Part shown: positions 25,030-39,479 of the stretch, piece after piece
How positions within the stretch are numbered: position 1 is the first letter of the stretch
How the letters are laid out: each line of letters opens with the position of its first letter
NCBI GenBank assembly: GCA_050273025.1
Contig: CP158635.1
Span: forward strand, 4,774,001-4,838,000
Length of the DNA: 64,000 nt
Direction of reading: 5' to 3'
Source of the DNA: Cenococcum geophilum
Taxonomy: Eukaryota
Notes under the pieces: model-generated
The model's database searches: none
What the model was told of the DNA's origin: nothing
The model's input: the letters and a program-made list of their open reading frames with translations, nothing else
Made by a program: the position numbers and the translations under genes

Positions 25030-28000
25030 TGCTACTAAAAGCAGCCACTATAACGCTATTAACGGCGGCAACTACTTTAAGGTTAGGAGGTAATACTAGT
25101 ATAGCGGATACTAACTTTTAATAACCTATAATGGTTAGATAGTTATAAGAGATAGTTAACTAGTTAATAATAAACAATGCGGCGCTAGAAGAAAGGGTTA
25201 ATAGGATAGAAGCGGTAAAGATTAAGTTACTATTAATTAAGAGATACTTAGGAGAAAGATTAAAGCTTAAGGGATTTCTTACGTAAATGTACTTTAAGGT
25301 AATATAAGAAGGAGCGAAGCTGCTAATACCTATAGATTGAATAGCCTATATAGGACTATTCCTATTAGGAAGGGCACTTAAATAGTTTAAGCTTTACCTT
25401 ATAGAAATACAGGCAAATAGAATAATAACTACTAATTAAGAGGTACGGTTTATGTTCTTAAGCTAGGAAGGGTTTATAGAGCGATTTATATAAATATTTA
25501 GAGACCTAAAGGTAGTAACTATAGCAGAAAGAAAACTCTAAGACATTATATAGCGAATATTAGCAATTAAGTATATAACGCAGTTCCAGATATTAGTAAT
25601 ATAAGTTAAGTAAAATAATAAGGCGCTTATGGTATAGTATAAGTAAGGACTTAAGGCTAAAGTCTAGGATATAATTATTCTAATAGAAGATGCGGACACC
25701 CTATAGGATTTAATAGATTAAGCAATTAAGATTAATAATTAGATCTACTAAAGGGAACAGGCTAAGAGAGGTTAAGATAGAGTTCTATAGTTATATAAGG
25801 CGTAGAGTACGCATTAACTAAAGCTAAGTTAGAAACTATAGTATGGCGCAAAGCTAATGGACCTAAGTAGTACTAAAGAAGCCTATAAGAGATAGAGTAA
25901 GAAACTATAAATACCTAGAGGTTAAGGATCTAGTAATTATAAAACTAAGGAGTAGAGGCTAAACTAAGGATCTTAGTAGTAGAAGATATTTAGGCGGACT
26001 CTATAGTAAAGTTAATAGTTTAAAGATAAAGCTTATATAAATTATAGAAAATAAGGTTACTTTGTAAGGGATTATAAAGATAGTTAGAGTTATTATGCAA
26101 TAAAGGGAACCAGATTAGCAGAAGACATATATATATAAAGGGATAATAGTATACTGCGAGGAATAAAAGAATATTTAATTAGAAGTTTTACGTTTTATTA
26201 TAATAATATATACCAAATTTATAAAGACGCTAAGTATGGCGTAAGCTATTAGCTATAAAAGCTATACTTAGCAGAGTATAAAGGAACTAATAAACCAGTT
26301 TGTAGATTAAATATTAAGGACGATAAATTTAACGTAGGCGAAATATTCTATAATAATAAGGCAATGAGAGCGGCTTACTAGGAGCATATAGACCTTAAAG
26401 ATGTTATAATAGAGGTAGAGGATAATTCTACTACAAAATAGGGAATATTAGTAGAGATTAAGACCCCACTAGATATAATATCTATTGCTTTATAAAATGT
26501 AAAAGAAGTAGAGTAGCAAACTACTTTAGTATTTAATAAAGGTAAGAAGCTAAAGGCTTAAGATTCTTATAATGAGATAAGAGACAACTAAGATTTTTAA
26601 GACGAGATAAGGTAAACCTAAGGACCTATAATAGACAGCAACTAATAAAATAGGGTAGTAGCTTAGTTTAAAGATATATAAATAAGCTTAGGACAGAGTT
26701 TCCTATAGGCATAAGATTCTCAAGATAAAATAAGTGAGATTTAAAACTCTTAAAATAAGATAAGAATATTAAGTAAGCCTAGTTGGACTAAGGCTAGAGT
26801 AAAGCTTAAGTTAGAAGTAAGCTTAGGATTAAAAATCCTATAGAACTAAGACTTTAAGTAACAAATAAGGACTATTAATAAGATTAGAGAATTTGCGGTA
26901 TAAATAGCAACTAGATTAAAAGACAGATATATAGACCTAAAGGACTTACTAGGGGAATAAAGTGTTTAGCTTAAGGATCGGAATATTAATACTAAGATTA
27001 AGAAGTAAGAAGACTTTAAGGATCTACTTATAAGACGCGAAAAGAAAAAAACTATAAAGGAATTTAGAGTAAGAATTACTTTATGGCAAGAGCAGAAACT
27101 AAATAAGAGATCTAGTATATTAGGATGTATAAGGGACAGAGCGCTAGTATAAAGAATTACTAATAGGCCTAGAATAGGTATACTAAGAGCTAAGTGGCTT
27201 ACCGAACTAGAATAAGAAGAGGATTTAGGGATTTTAACTAGGTTTAAAGAACGATATATAAAGGGCTGTTATAACGTAGTAATAAGAAGATACTTCCTTA
27301 TGAACGAACTATATACACTTTAGTAGCTATACTAAAAGTGGTATAGGTAGAGGCATAATGATAAGTAGGAAGATTTCTATATATGGTTAGATGAGAAAGT
27401 TATTTAGAACTACCTAATTATAGAAAAAGTAATAAGTTATATTAAGGGAGCCTTAATTATAATATTAAAAGATCTAAAGGAGCGTTTAGAGGACTAGAGA
27501 AGTAAAAGGCGTATTTTAATACCTATAAATAAAGTTATAATGTTTAGATTAATATAATAGAGGCTTAAACTTAAGGATAAAGATAAACTAAGAGTTAACC
27601 TAAAGCACTAAGCATATTATATATTAGCGTGGATTATATATATGGATAATACGTATAATATATATAGAGCACTAAAGGATAAGTATTAAAAATACCCTAT
27701 AAGAATATATTGGTTAGCAGAAGAATAGAAGTATTAAAACGCTAAGTATATATATAGCTAGCATCTAGTAGAAGTTTAGGAGTTAGGTAACTTAATATTT
27801 TAACTAAGAAAATTCCTTATAGAAGAATACCTAGATGGATAATAGTGGTGGAAATGCCTAGAGAATATATGTCTATAGTATATTAAGGATAAAAAGCGAA
27901 TTAAGTATTGGCTAAAGGTGGACTAAGTATAAATAAGATTAAGTAGCTAATAGTTAGGAAAAGTAGAGGCCTATAGGACTAGAGGGAGCTAGTAGTAAAG

Positions 28001-31000
28001 CCTTAGACCCTTAAAGGAATTTAAGGATAATACCTAAATTTACGAGTTAAATAGCAAGATTAGCAGTTTAAAGTATTAATAGATAGTAGAGTAATAAGGA
28101 ACTATATCTTACTAGTAGCAGTTAAAAGGATGGGATTACTATATAGGAAAAAGGAGCACCCTTACCTATTAGTAACAATTTTAGGAGATCTAATAGCCTA
28201 TAGAGAAAGTATTATTAATCTTAAAACAGGACCTATTTAGTTAACTATTAAAGGGAGATAGATTAAGATGTCTTTTAATATATTACTATTAAGAAATAAT
28301 AAGGCAGTATTAGGAATGCCTTAGTTATAGAAATATAATTTAAGGATTAATTGGGTTATAGGTTAAGTTAATATTAGAAATACTTAATAACGTAAGATAT
28401 AATAATAAGCTAAGATGGTATAGTACTAAGTAGGGGCGACCTATAAAGAAATAGAAAAGGGATTAAGTTATATACTAAAGAAATACTATAAGTATAGTAA
28501 GAAACTATAGTTACTAGAAAGTAAAAAGCTAGTAGAATATATAGTATAGGACTATAAGATAGAATTGGAACTAGGAATAAGTCTAAGGTTCTTTCTAATC
28601 TATAAGCTTACTAAAGAAGAGGGTAAAGCATTAAAAGAGTTTATCTAAGAAAACTTATAAAAAGGATATATTAGACCATTATAGTCGTTAGCGGGTTATC
28701 TAGTACTATTTATACTAAAGAAGAATGGTAAACTAAGGCTATGTATTAACTATAGGCAGTTAAATAGTATTACTAGAAAGGATAGGTATCCTTTACCCTT
28801 AATTAGTGAAATTTAAAATAGGATAGGTAACGCGTAAATCTTTATAAAGATAGATCTAAGATAGGCGTACTACTAGATTAGAATTAAGGAAGGCGATAAA
28901 TAAAAGGCAGCCTTTAGGTTAAAGGAAGGACTATATAAACCATTAGTTATGCAATTTAGGCTTATAAATGTACTAGTAATATTCTAGAAGCGTATTAATA
29001 ATATGTTAGGAGAGCTCTTAGATGAATTTGTTATAGTATACCTTAATAATATTATTATCTACTTAATAACTAAGGAAGAATACGGGGAATATATTAAATA
29101 GGTCTTAAAGAGACTATAGGAAGAATAGATGCTAGTAGTAATTAAGAAATATAAGTTCTTTACTAGGAAAATAGATTTTATTAAATTTATTATTAAACTA
29201 GGCTAACTTAGTATAGATCTAAAGAAGATTAAGGCTATAGTAAATTGGTAAGAACTAGAGAACGTTACGTAGTTAAGATTGTTTTTAGGGTTTTGCAACT
29301 ACTATAGAAGGTTTATAGTATAATAGTTAAAGAATATTAAACTATTTACGCGATTAACGAAAAAAGAAGAACTATAGATATGGGGAAAAGAATAGTAAGA
29401 ATTATTTAAAAGGGTTAAAGAGTTGTTTACCTAGGAGCTAGTTCTTAAGATCTATTAACTAAGACTAGAGACGGTTATAGAAATAGATATATTAGATTAT
29501 ATACTAGGGGTATACTTTATATAGAAATATTAAAATAAATAGCACCTAGTGGTATATTATAGTTGGAAGATAATACTACTAAAGTTAAATTATAACATCT
29601 ATAATAAGGAGTTATTAGGTATAATAGCAGCACTAAAGAAATAAAGAGCATTTTTGTAAGGTATAGAGAAACTATTTATAGTTAAAATGGATTATAAGAA
29701 CCTAATAGGATTCCTAATAATAAAGGAACTTAACTAAAGATAGGTTAAATAGGTAGAGATACTTACAGAATACTATTTTAAGATTTAGTATACTAAGGGT
29801 ATAGATAATATATAAGTAGATGCTCTAAGTTAAAAAGCTAAACTGTAAAATAATAAAAAGCTATTAGGGGCTTTACTGCGAAAAGATATAGACGGATTAA
29901 TTAGGTATAATTATCTAAAAATTATAGTAACTTAGAAGGAACTAAATAAGGTCTACAAGATACTAGAAAGCTTTTAGATATAGAGAATTCTAGAAGTATA
30001 ACTAGAAGATTTATAGATAGATATATACGAGAATTAAGAAGCTAAGTATATCCTAAAGAGTATAACAGAGCATTTCGTAGAAGACTTTTATAAGGGAATA
30101 ACTTAGGGATATAATAGAGCTAGAGGCTTAGTATTAAGACTTTAGGAGGAGTACATTATTAACAGAATCTAGGGCTTAGTATAAAAAGTTATAAAAGAAT
30201 ATTTAGATTGCTAAAGAAATAAACTAATAAGATATAAGCTATATGGAGGGCTATAACCTATTAAAATACTAGAGAGACTATAGAAGGTTATATTATAGAA
30301 CTTTATTATTAAGTTGCTAAAGTTAAGAGACCCTATTACTAGATAAGATTATAACGCGATCTTAGTAATAGTAGATAAGCTTATAAAGTAGGGATACTTT
30401 ATAGCATACATAGAAGAAATATTAGTAGAAGATATTACTAGAATCTACGTTAAAGAAGTATTTATAAGATATAAAGCACTAAGTAAAATTATATTAGATA
30501 GAGATCTAAGATTCGTAGTAGTATTTTAGGAGGTATTCTTAGCGGAATAAGGAGTTAGAGTAGTAACTTCTACTGTATATTATCTGCAGACAGACGGTTA
30601 GATAGAAAGATTAAATTAAATACTATATTAATTACGCATAGAATAATTAGGTATTGTTATTACTAGTTATATAGTTTATATATAATATAATACTATAAGA
30701 AGGAATAGGCATATTATTATTTAAGGCAAATTATAGATATAAGCTAAGAATATCGTTATTACTATAATAAGTAAAGAAAACGAGTAGTATAACTAAAGAA
30801 AGAATAAAGATGTTAATAAATCTTTATATAGACCTTATAGAATTAGTAAAGAAAGTATAAGAGAGAATAAAAAAGTACTATAATGTTAAGAGATCTAAAG
30901 GACCAGATCTTAAGGAGGGAGATAAAGTATAGCTACTATATAAAAATTTTAAGAGTTAATAACTAAGTAAAAAGTTAAACTATATTAAACTAGGACCTTT

Positions 31001-31345
31001 TAAAATTATATAAAAGATTTTACCGGTTATATTTAAATTAGACCTACTAGCCAAAATTAAAATCTACCCTATATAGTATATTATAATGCTAGAGCTAGTA
31101 TATAGAAATATTAAGCTACTAGTTTATAAAGTAGATATATATAGAGGATAAGAAAAAGATAAATAGCAAGTTTTAAAGATTGTTAATTATAAGGATATTA
31201 ATAATAAAATATAGTATAAGGTTAAGTGGATAGGCTATAATAAGACTACCTAGGAACTACTAGAGAATTTAAAAAATATTATAGGAAAGGTATAGGAGTA
31301 TCGGAAGAGATTAGGTTAGGTAGTATTAATAAAGAAGAATTGCTA
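25030..31345 (+). pseudogene. Gypsy A gag (extended) and pol (PR-RT-RH-IN-chromodomain)
   Basis: LCI(D)[16 protein letters not shown] near 28739, YL(DD)IIIY near 29039, LNY(D)I(HD)KELL near 29585, (HP)QTDG(QT)ERLN near 30580, YKVKWIGY...TT(W)E(P) near 31215. Confidence 0.9.
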
Positions 31346-31960
31346 AAGAATAAGTCACCTAAGGGGGACCTAAGAAGAGTAGTTGCTAAACTACTTAGAT
31401 TTATTTCCTTCTTAGCTAAAAGAGAATCTATTCTCTTATTACTAAGTTCCTATAAACCCTATTTTATAAGTTTCTACTCCTTAAAATAGACCTTCTTATA
31501 AACCTTCTTAAGACGGTTTAACCGAGTAGACGCCGTAAGATAAGACTTAAGGGCCCGTTGCTAAGTATTAGTAGCCTCCTATTTAGCGTCCTAGGAACGG
31601 CGTAACTCCGCTAAAGTAATAGATAGTTTATTATTTAGCTGTGTAGTAATAGATTAAATATAAAACCTTAAGCTAAATTAATTAGGGAACTAGACGACTA
31701 TTTAGAGTAATAGGTTATATATACTTAGTATTAGAAATAGAGCAAACGTTATAGGACGGATAAATATTTACTTTAGTGCACTTTAAATAAGAGGACGGTT
31801 ATTACAAAGATGGGTTCGCTAACGTAATATAAACTAACCCCTCTTTTAAATAGCGAGAACATAGAGATAGTATAATCTTACTAAAAGACAATATCGCAGT
31901 AATAGTGCGAATGCGACGAGCAGTTAAAGATAAAGAAATTACTTTAGGTATAATAAGTAA
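31340..31960 (-). pseudogene. Antisense accessory gene of Gypsy A: Zn2Cys6-like motif plus probable coiled coil
   Basis: De-RIPed reading gives C-x2-C-x6-C-x13-C-x2-C-x8-C near 31750-31865. A second copy lies near 75-190. Confidence 0.6.
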
Positions 31961-32487
31961 TTATATTAACTAAATTAATTAGACGGATATTATACTCTAG
32001 TAAATAACTTAAAGATATTTAGAATCTTTAAGGATAAAGATAAAAAGGAGGGAGATAGTGTTATGGACGCTTTAAGTATAATATTACAACTACTTAGAGA
32101 AGAGTTAGAAGAAGCTAGTTAGTTAATTTAAGCACGGTTTAGGATAGAGCCGATAGAGCTATATAACGAGGAATGGTAGCTAAGGTTATATAACGTGATC
32201 TATATAATCTATATAATCTATATAATCCGTAATAGAGTAGGTAGAGTACACGTATATTATATATAAGGAGGATTTTATAAGAGTATAGTTGTATATTTAA
32301 GGACCCTTAGTTCCTACTAAGATAGTTCCTTTTTTATAGTAATTCTTAGAATATAATTAGAGTTAATCTATTAGGCAACCACTCCACTAATTATTATTAT
32401 ATTATTGACTTTAACTTGCTTTACCTATATACCTAGCCTATTAATAAGCCCACTATAGTTCTTACTATAAGGTTCTATTACACAAAC

Positions 32488-33040
32488 TAGGAGCTCTTCT
32501 CTACTTCTTTAGCAGAACTAGTTTAAGAGCTAGAACTAGAAGTAAAAATCTTAGTACTAGAAGAACTAGTAGAAGAAACCCCCTATATAGAGATAGGAGA
32601 AAAATGTCCCTTAGCCTCTTTAGAGGATTTGTATAGACTTAGGGATAGAAGTATAAGTACGCTAGCAGATAATCTAGTTGTAGATCTTACTAGCTATATT
32701 AAGCTAGTAATAAAGAAAGCTATTCCTAGATTTAGAACCTATAAATTCTTTAAACTATAGTGGAATACAGAGCTTCTATAGAAAAGGAAAAAAATGGTAA
32801 AACTAGGAAGACTTTAAGAAGAATAACCTACTAAAAGTTTAAGACTAGAAGCCTATAAGGAAGCTAAAACTAATTGCTAGAATAGCTTCCTAGAAAAGGT
32901 ATAGGAAAAAGAGATCTTTACTGCCCTAAAATATATAAAGGAGAAAATATTATAAATAATTCCTAGTCTATAGTATAGTAAGGATAGGACTATAAGACTA
33001 GTAAAAAGCTTTAACAAATAGTATAAAGCTTTTATTACTA
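32488..33040 (+). pseudogene. LINE A ORF2 part 2 (linker between EN and RT)
   Basis: Resumes after the CAAAC TSD. K(P)(W)WNTEL near 32752. Ends ...KAFIT at the Plavaka insertion. Confidence 0.8.
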
Positions 33041-33094
33041 TATCGGGAAAATATTCGTAGGATGAGATTCAAGTAGACTTTATTTTTCGCGTTT

Positions 33095-33610
33095 CGCGTA
33101 ATTAACATGCAATTTAACTAACTTGACACGCAATTAACCAACTTAACACGCAATTAACTAACTTAATATACAACTTAACTAACTTAATACGCAATTAACC
33201 AACTTAATATATAACTTAACTAACTTAATACGTAATTAACCAACTTAATATATTTAAAAGTTAAATAATACGCAGTTAACCTACTTAACAACTTTAAAAG
33301 CTAACTGTATATTCCTTAATATGCAATTAACCAACTTAAAATTTAAATAATACGTAGTTAACTAACTTAACAACTTTAAAAGCTAACTATACATTCCTTA
33401 ATATGTAATTAAGGTAATATAATATATTATTTTAAAGTTATATACCAATTATATAAATAAATTTTTACTATTTTCTTAGCCTATAGTATGCTAGCTTATA
33501 ATATATATTAGGATTAAAATAATTTTATATAATCTTATATAATCTTATACAATTTTATATAATCTTATATAATCTTATATAGTCCTATATAGTCTTATAT
33601 AGGTTCTATA
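33095..33610. repeat. Left subterminal tandem repeats of the Plavaka element
   Basis: About 20-bp unit CGCAATTAACCAACTTAACA over 33095-33410, and 10-bp TTATATAATC array near 33524-33600. Confidence 0.85.
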
Positions 33611-33779
33611 CTAGCTTAGCTACTTTTACTATTTATCCTGGCTTCTATATAATAACGCAATACAGGTTCCTTCTTTAAGAAAGTTGTCCGAGTATAGAGT
33701 ATTGTATTAGTCCTAATTAATATAATTATTAATATAGTACAAATCTAGATAAGAAGTAGCGGCTGAAACAATATGCGCG

Positions 33780-36700
33780 CTTTATAAAATAGATAGCATT
33801 AAATAAAAGCGACCACCTCTAAGTACTTGCCTAGTATTTACGCTCGAGCGCGGCCACCTTTTCACCTTAACTATGCCGTGTATTAGATGCGGCAGTCTAT
33901 AATTTAATGGCTAAAGCAGCTCTACTATAGCTCTAGTATACTATACGTATATACTATACTTATCTAACCTTTTAATATCTAGAATAGTAACAATTAGCTA
34001 AAGCTAGCCTATAAGTCTTTTACCTAACGGTGTACGGCCCTTTTTAATACGGTCGTTATTATCTATATACTCTTAGACCCATACGTAATTACGCCTCTAC
34101 TAGTTAGAATATTACTAATCTAGTACGCAACGTACTACCTTACTAATTTAGGCCTTAAGGTTAGTTGTATTTTTTTTGTCTTTTTTCTAATAGTGGATAG
34201 ATAGATATATTTTAATAAGTAGGCGCTTAACCTATAAAGGATCCTTCTCTTTTTAGTCCATATTGGAGTTCTAGGCACGTTCGCCTTATAGTTTTTACCT
34301 ATACTCTTGGATAAATACCGCAATGCCGTCTAGAAACCCTAGGATTTTATAATAGTTTGCTATATAAGATATATAAAGCCACGTCTTTAACCTAAGACGC
34401 CTTTGGACAAGATCTATTGCCCTATTTATATCTTCCAAAGGCCACCAAAGCTTTACAACTGCTAAATGCTATATTAGTTAAGTAACCTATACCTTTAGAC
34501 GCTAGGAAGACTATAATACAAAATCACTATTTATAAAAGCTATTTTATCTTCTATTGCTAGTACTACTACCCGTCTTAAATTGTAAGAGCAGATTTAAGA
34601 TAGCAAATCCCGTTTATTTATTAAGTTATAAAACGCCTTAATAATATAATGGTGTCTAGCTTCGCCATTTACGCTAATATAGTACCTATCTGCACATCTG
34701 TACAGGCGGATATTTTCCTTAAAATATATAAGGGCATGGAATTTTGGTATATTAAAATGGCCCGTATTAGAATTCTTTACCTTTAGACGGAAACTTTAAA
34801 ACACGCCTTTAAGCATATTAATTCGATATAGGGTGTGGTGTATATATTGTAGTGTCTCCTTATTATAGGTGTAATACTAAGCTATAATAACGAAGTTATA
34901 TACGGCTCTTATAAAATGCATAGTATATAATTTCCTAGATAACAGTAGTGGGGCTAGCATAGCGACAAGTTGACAAACTATAGCTTTTTGTTTATTACCT
35001 ATCTATTAAGTAACTTTACTAAATAATAGATTATTAAACCGTTTTAGCCCTATAAAAGCCGGGACTTATTTAAAACGCTAATTAAGCTAAGCCTCCGCAG
35101 ATATATTTATTATGGTTGTCTTTATCCCTCTTCTCTTTTTTTTTAGCTGGACGACATTACCTACTAGTTTCCGTACCTATTTAATAAGTTATATAACGAT
35201 ACCCTTTAGAAGCTAATATAGAATATCTACCATTATGCCCTTATAGATGTTAAATAGGCAATAATGCTACGCGAAATATTCTACTAGGTATACTTAGTCG
35301 TCTAAAGATAGAAGAATGTTCTCTAGTTACTAGCGTTTAATCTGTCTTCTTATCTCCTTATAAGTGCATAGCGGGTATTATTTCTTAGTTAAGTTTTTAC
35401 GCTTTAAAGGGGGAACCTAGCACATAGTGCAGTGCTGTCGGCTTTTAACACCTATAAGCAGCACTTATTCTTTATAGTCTGCCATTATTCTACATATAAT
35501 TAGATAATATCGTCGCATAAAATTATCCGCATATTAAAGGTCTATGCCACTTTCTATAAGATGCTTAATTACTATTATATTTTAGTTTATAGAATATAGC
35601 GTTAAAATACTAAAGTAGAACTTACGTTTAAGTATTGTTCTTATCGCCTTATAATATGCTTTACTTTTTATATTATTATCCTTTTCTTTAATAACTAGTA
35701 TAAAACTAATAAGAATATTTATAGGGGATATCTATCGGCGTTAAACTTGTCGGTTAAGATTACTAATAGTAAGATATACTGGCCAGGCCGATTTATCGCT
35801 ATAGTGCATTATTAGCTAGGTCTTATCGACTGCTATAAGTATAGAAACTACTATAGCACCGCTAGGAACCTTGCCTTATATCTCCTACTACTAATCACCG
35901 CTGTATAGCTTATTATAGACTTAGTAGTTATCGGCATTATAGAGTCTCTTTAGTGCATATACTAGTGTATTTTTAAAGGGTCAATGGCTAATTAGAAAGG
36001 CAATTACATTTATAACATCCTAGTAAAGAATATAGTATTTCCTCTGCTTAGAGCCTTTAATGTTTAATTCCACCTTACACTCTAATTAGAGCCATTGTTT
36101 ATCTTATATACTAAATAAAATAGCGGTAATTAGTTCCTCCCATTAATTTACAGATTAGAAGCTAAGTAGGCTATAAAGTAGGCTAAGGCGGGTATCTTTA
36201 AGTAGTACGTTAACGTCTCCCTTTATACAGCGAATACGGTGCAGCTATATTAAAAAGGCGTAATTAAACTTTAAATAAAAAGGATTATATAGTATACTTT
36301 AGCTATTATCGTGTTATTATATAGTAATATCTAAAATTGTCTAGTTAACTTACTATATATTATTATCGGTCTCGCATAAAATTAGTTTACCTATCTTTAT
36401 ATTCTTAGTTGCTTTAAATATCTTTACTCTAAGTAATAATAATAACAATAGGACGCTTTTCTAATATAGTATACCGCACGGAGGCACTAGGTAGGCATTC
36501 TGCTTATATTTTACCGCCACTAGAGCGTACTTATTAGTATCCGTATTTATACCGTCTAGTTATAATTACGCGTTATCTAACTAGTTAGAGTAGTAGAATT
36601 AATTGTAAATTATAAGTAGTCGGGCCGTAATAAACGTGCGAGTATTATATCTCTCTTTGCGTATTTTTTTATAGACGTGTTAGTGGCTAGGCAGCTGCCT
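33780..36700 (-). pseudogene. Plavaka transposase (RIP pseudogene)
   Basis: Minus-strand de-RIPed motifs: RVYNELHSGDWWWEMQ...GATVVSILIAVDKTQL...GDKSAWPVYLTIGNL (35755-35930), MADYEEQVLLTGVKSRQHCTMCQVPP (35410-35490), VDILHQLLKGI (near 35200), HFNIPKFHALTHF..NIRLYG (34700-34760). Confidence 0.9.
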
Positions 36701-36759
36701 TTTATAGCACCGTAGGTATTAGTAAAGGCCACCATAACTCTTAGGGGTATAAAAATACT

Positions 36760-37856
36760 ATAGATAGCTCTACTACATTATCGCTAATTATATATTAAAT
36801 AATATAGTATTATTTCTAGGCGTAAAGAGTGTGTATTATAGTACTAACGGTTAATTACTAGTATTTAATCTAAGTAGCTTAGCTTTATAGCTACTAAGAG
36901 TATACCTCTTATTTTCTCGCTAGAACTAGTTATACTAAAGCGTAAGTATAACTAGCTTAATACTGAGTTTAAGGACTTAAGAGTCTAAGGCAACCGAACT
37001 AGACGCTAAAGCGTAAGTATAACTAGTTTAATACTAAGCTTAATACCAAGTTTAAGGACTTAAAAGAGTTTAAAGCAGCCAAACTATAAACTAAAGACTT
37101 AATAGTACCTAAAAAACCTTTATCCGTCTAAATAACAATATATAGTATTCTTAGGCGATGGATATAGGACCATAGCTATAGCGAAGATATTATTTACTAC
37201 TAATGTTATAGAGCCTGACGATATTAGCTATCCGGACCTATAATTCTATTATTTCTATATAAGCCGTAGTAAGAAAAAAGGGAGGATTAAGGGTAGTACT
37301 AGTTAAGTTAAGATAACTAAATAAGTTAGTACTTAGAACTATAATATTTAGTCTTAGGTATATAGAGTTCTAACTAATATCTAACTTAAGCTGCCGCCCG
37401 GAAGTCTTATATTTGTTATTAGGGTAACGCTAGAGGGTTAGGCTAGATAATAGGTATTAGCAATAATATAAATAATTTAAAGCCCGCGAAGTAACTAAAT
37501 AGAAAGCCTATATCTTATAGGCTAACTACTTATCTTTAACAGCTTTTAAAAGTTTATTTCTAGAATTTCTTTTAATACCTCTGGTTTCCTATTAAACAGA
37601 TATATTAGCACGAGCCTATATACTACTAGGGTGCGGAGAGCTAAAATATAGTTAGAGCTCTTTAAATAATTTAGTAGAAAAGAATGGGTTATTTAGGTTA
37701 GTCTGTAAATCGGCTAGCTTAACCTTAACATTCTACCCCAGCTTGCGAAGATTAGGGCCATCTCCACCCGGTATACCACCGTCGATCTATATATTAGCAT
37801 CTCCCTTATTTATAGCGGCTAAAGAAGCTTTAGGTGTCTGGTCTTTAGAAGGCATT
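36760..37856 (-). pseudogene. Unknown ORF upstream of and co-oriented with the transposase
   Basis: Reads MPSKDQTPKA...IDGGIPGGDGPNLRKLG from ATG near 37856. Ser-rich low-complexity 3' part. Confidence 0.45.
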
Positions 37857-38409
37857 ATAATACGGCTTTTAAGAGAGCCTACTCCGCGCTAGGGCACTAG
37901 ACGCTATATTATAGGTAGAGCTTATAGTAGTTATATAAGGCGGGATATATTTCTAGGCAGTATATATTTAGAGAAATTAAGGCTAAGGTAAGCTTAACGT
38001 AGCCGTGTTTTTAAAGAGAAATTAAGGCTGAGCTAAGCTTAATATAGTTATATTTTTAAAGACAAAGAGGCTATAGTGTCGGTTTAGGCGGCTATAGAAG
38101 TTTAAAAGATTAAGCGGACAATAGTAGAAAATAGAAGAAAAAGGCGTATAAATGAGAGTACGGTATTATAGGGCTAGAGTAACAATAGCTGTGTTATAGA
38201 TAGCTTGATATGTAATTTGGACTATAGGACCTATATATAAATAAGTTTAGCGAATATCTTTAATATAAGGCGTAGTAGCTATAAATAGGATCTAGGATAC
38301 TAGTTTTGGGTTGCCTATATAGTAGACATAATAGCTTACCTAAAAAAAAGTTGCTTTATTAGTGATATAGCTTAAAAATAGGTTATACTTTAGGTAAAAG
38401 GGTATCCCA

Positions 38410-38735
38410 AAGCCTTATCTTGCGCTTGTGGGATAAAATACTATATTATATTTTACTTTGTTTTATACAATCTTAGACTTTTTATAATATCTTAGATTAT
38501 CCCCCTACCTCTCTCTACTATGCACTTTACCTTATCTTACGCTTATGGGATAAAATACTATATTATATTTCACTTTTTTTTATACAATCTTAGACCTTTT
38601 ATAATGTCTTAGATTATCCTCCTACCTCTTTCTACTATGTATTTTGCCTTACCTTACACTTATAGAATAAAATGCTATATTATATTTCACTTTTTTATAT
38701 AATCTTAGACATTTTTTAATGTCTTAGATTATCCT
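38410..38735. repeat. About 119-bp tandem repeat, ~2.7 copies, in the divergent intergenic region
   Basis: CCTTATCTTRCGCTTRTGGGATAAAATACTATATTAT...TCTTAGATTATCC recurs near 38412, 38530 and 38647. Confidence 0.85.
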
Positions 38736-39479
38736 AAACTTATTTCTCTACCTCTTTAGAGCTGCTTTACTAACTAGTTATAACACAAAGAATAGAATCA
38801 TCAGCTCTCTTATTATTATTCACTTAGTTAATAGCGTAAATCTTGCATCTTATCTCGCTACGTATTTTTTATTCCATTTCTTACTCCAAGTCTTATATTT
38901 CGTTCTACTGCCTATATTAAAGCTTATATCTTATCCTACTTCTTATATTAAGACTCGCATTCCGTTCTATTTCTTATATCACTCTTAAATTACTTTTATT
39001 AGCATCCGCTATTATCTTAAGTTAACACTATTAGTATACCTTCTTATTATAACTGTTAGGATTATCTTGTTATATTATTACTAATTATCTAATACATTAT
39101 CCGCTCTACTATCTTTATAAATCACTCTATACTATTCTATATTAAGCTTTTACCCGCTTATAAATATATAAGGTCCCTAATTATAATAGCGGCGCTATAT
39201 CTAGAATCTAGTTGGTACTTAACTACTGTAACTAATAAGAACTTATTATAAATAAGTGGTCTAAAGCTGTAGTAAGGACTTATAATTAATAAAAAAATAT
39301 ATAGCGAAATCCTCTAATACTGTACTAGCGAAATCAATAAAGCGTCTAGTGGTAGGTTGCTAACGTTCGGACCTATATAAAATAGAGTTAAGCGTATAGT
39401 CTTTAACCTTCTTAATACTAAGTATGGGCACGTGTTTAAGAGATCCGATCTACTATTAGAGTTTAAAGCTTTTACTATT

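Larger units (their letters stand above)
24578..32482 (+). mobile_element. Full-length Ty3/Gypsy chromovirus family A, RIP-inactivated
   Basis: LTRs 24578-24983 and 32059-32482. 5-bp TSD CAAAC at 24573-24577 and 32483-32487. PPT 32042-32058. Confidence 0.96.
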
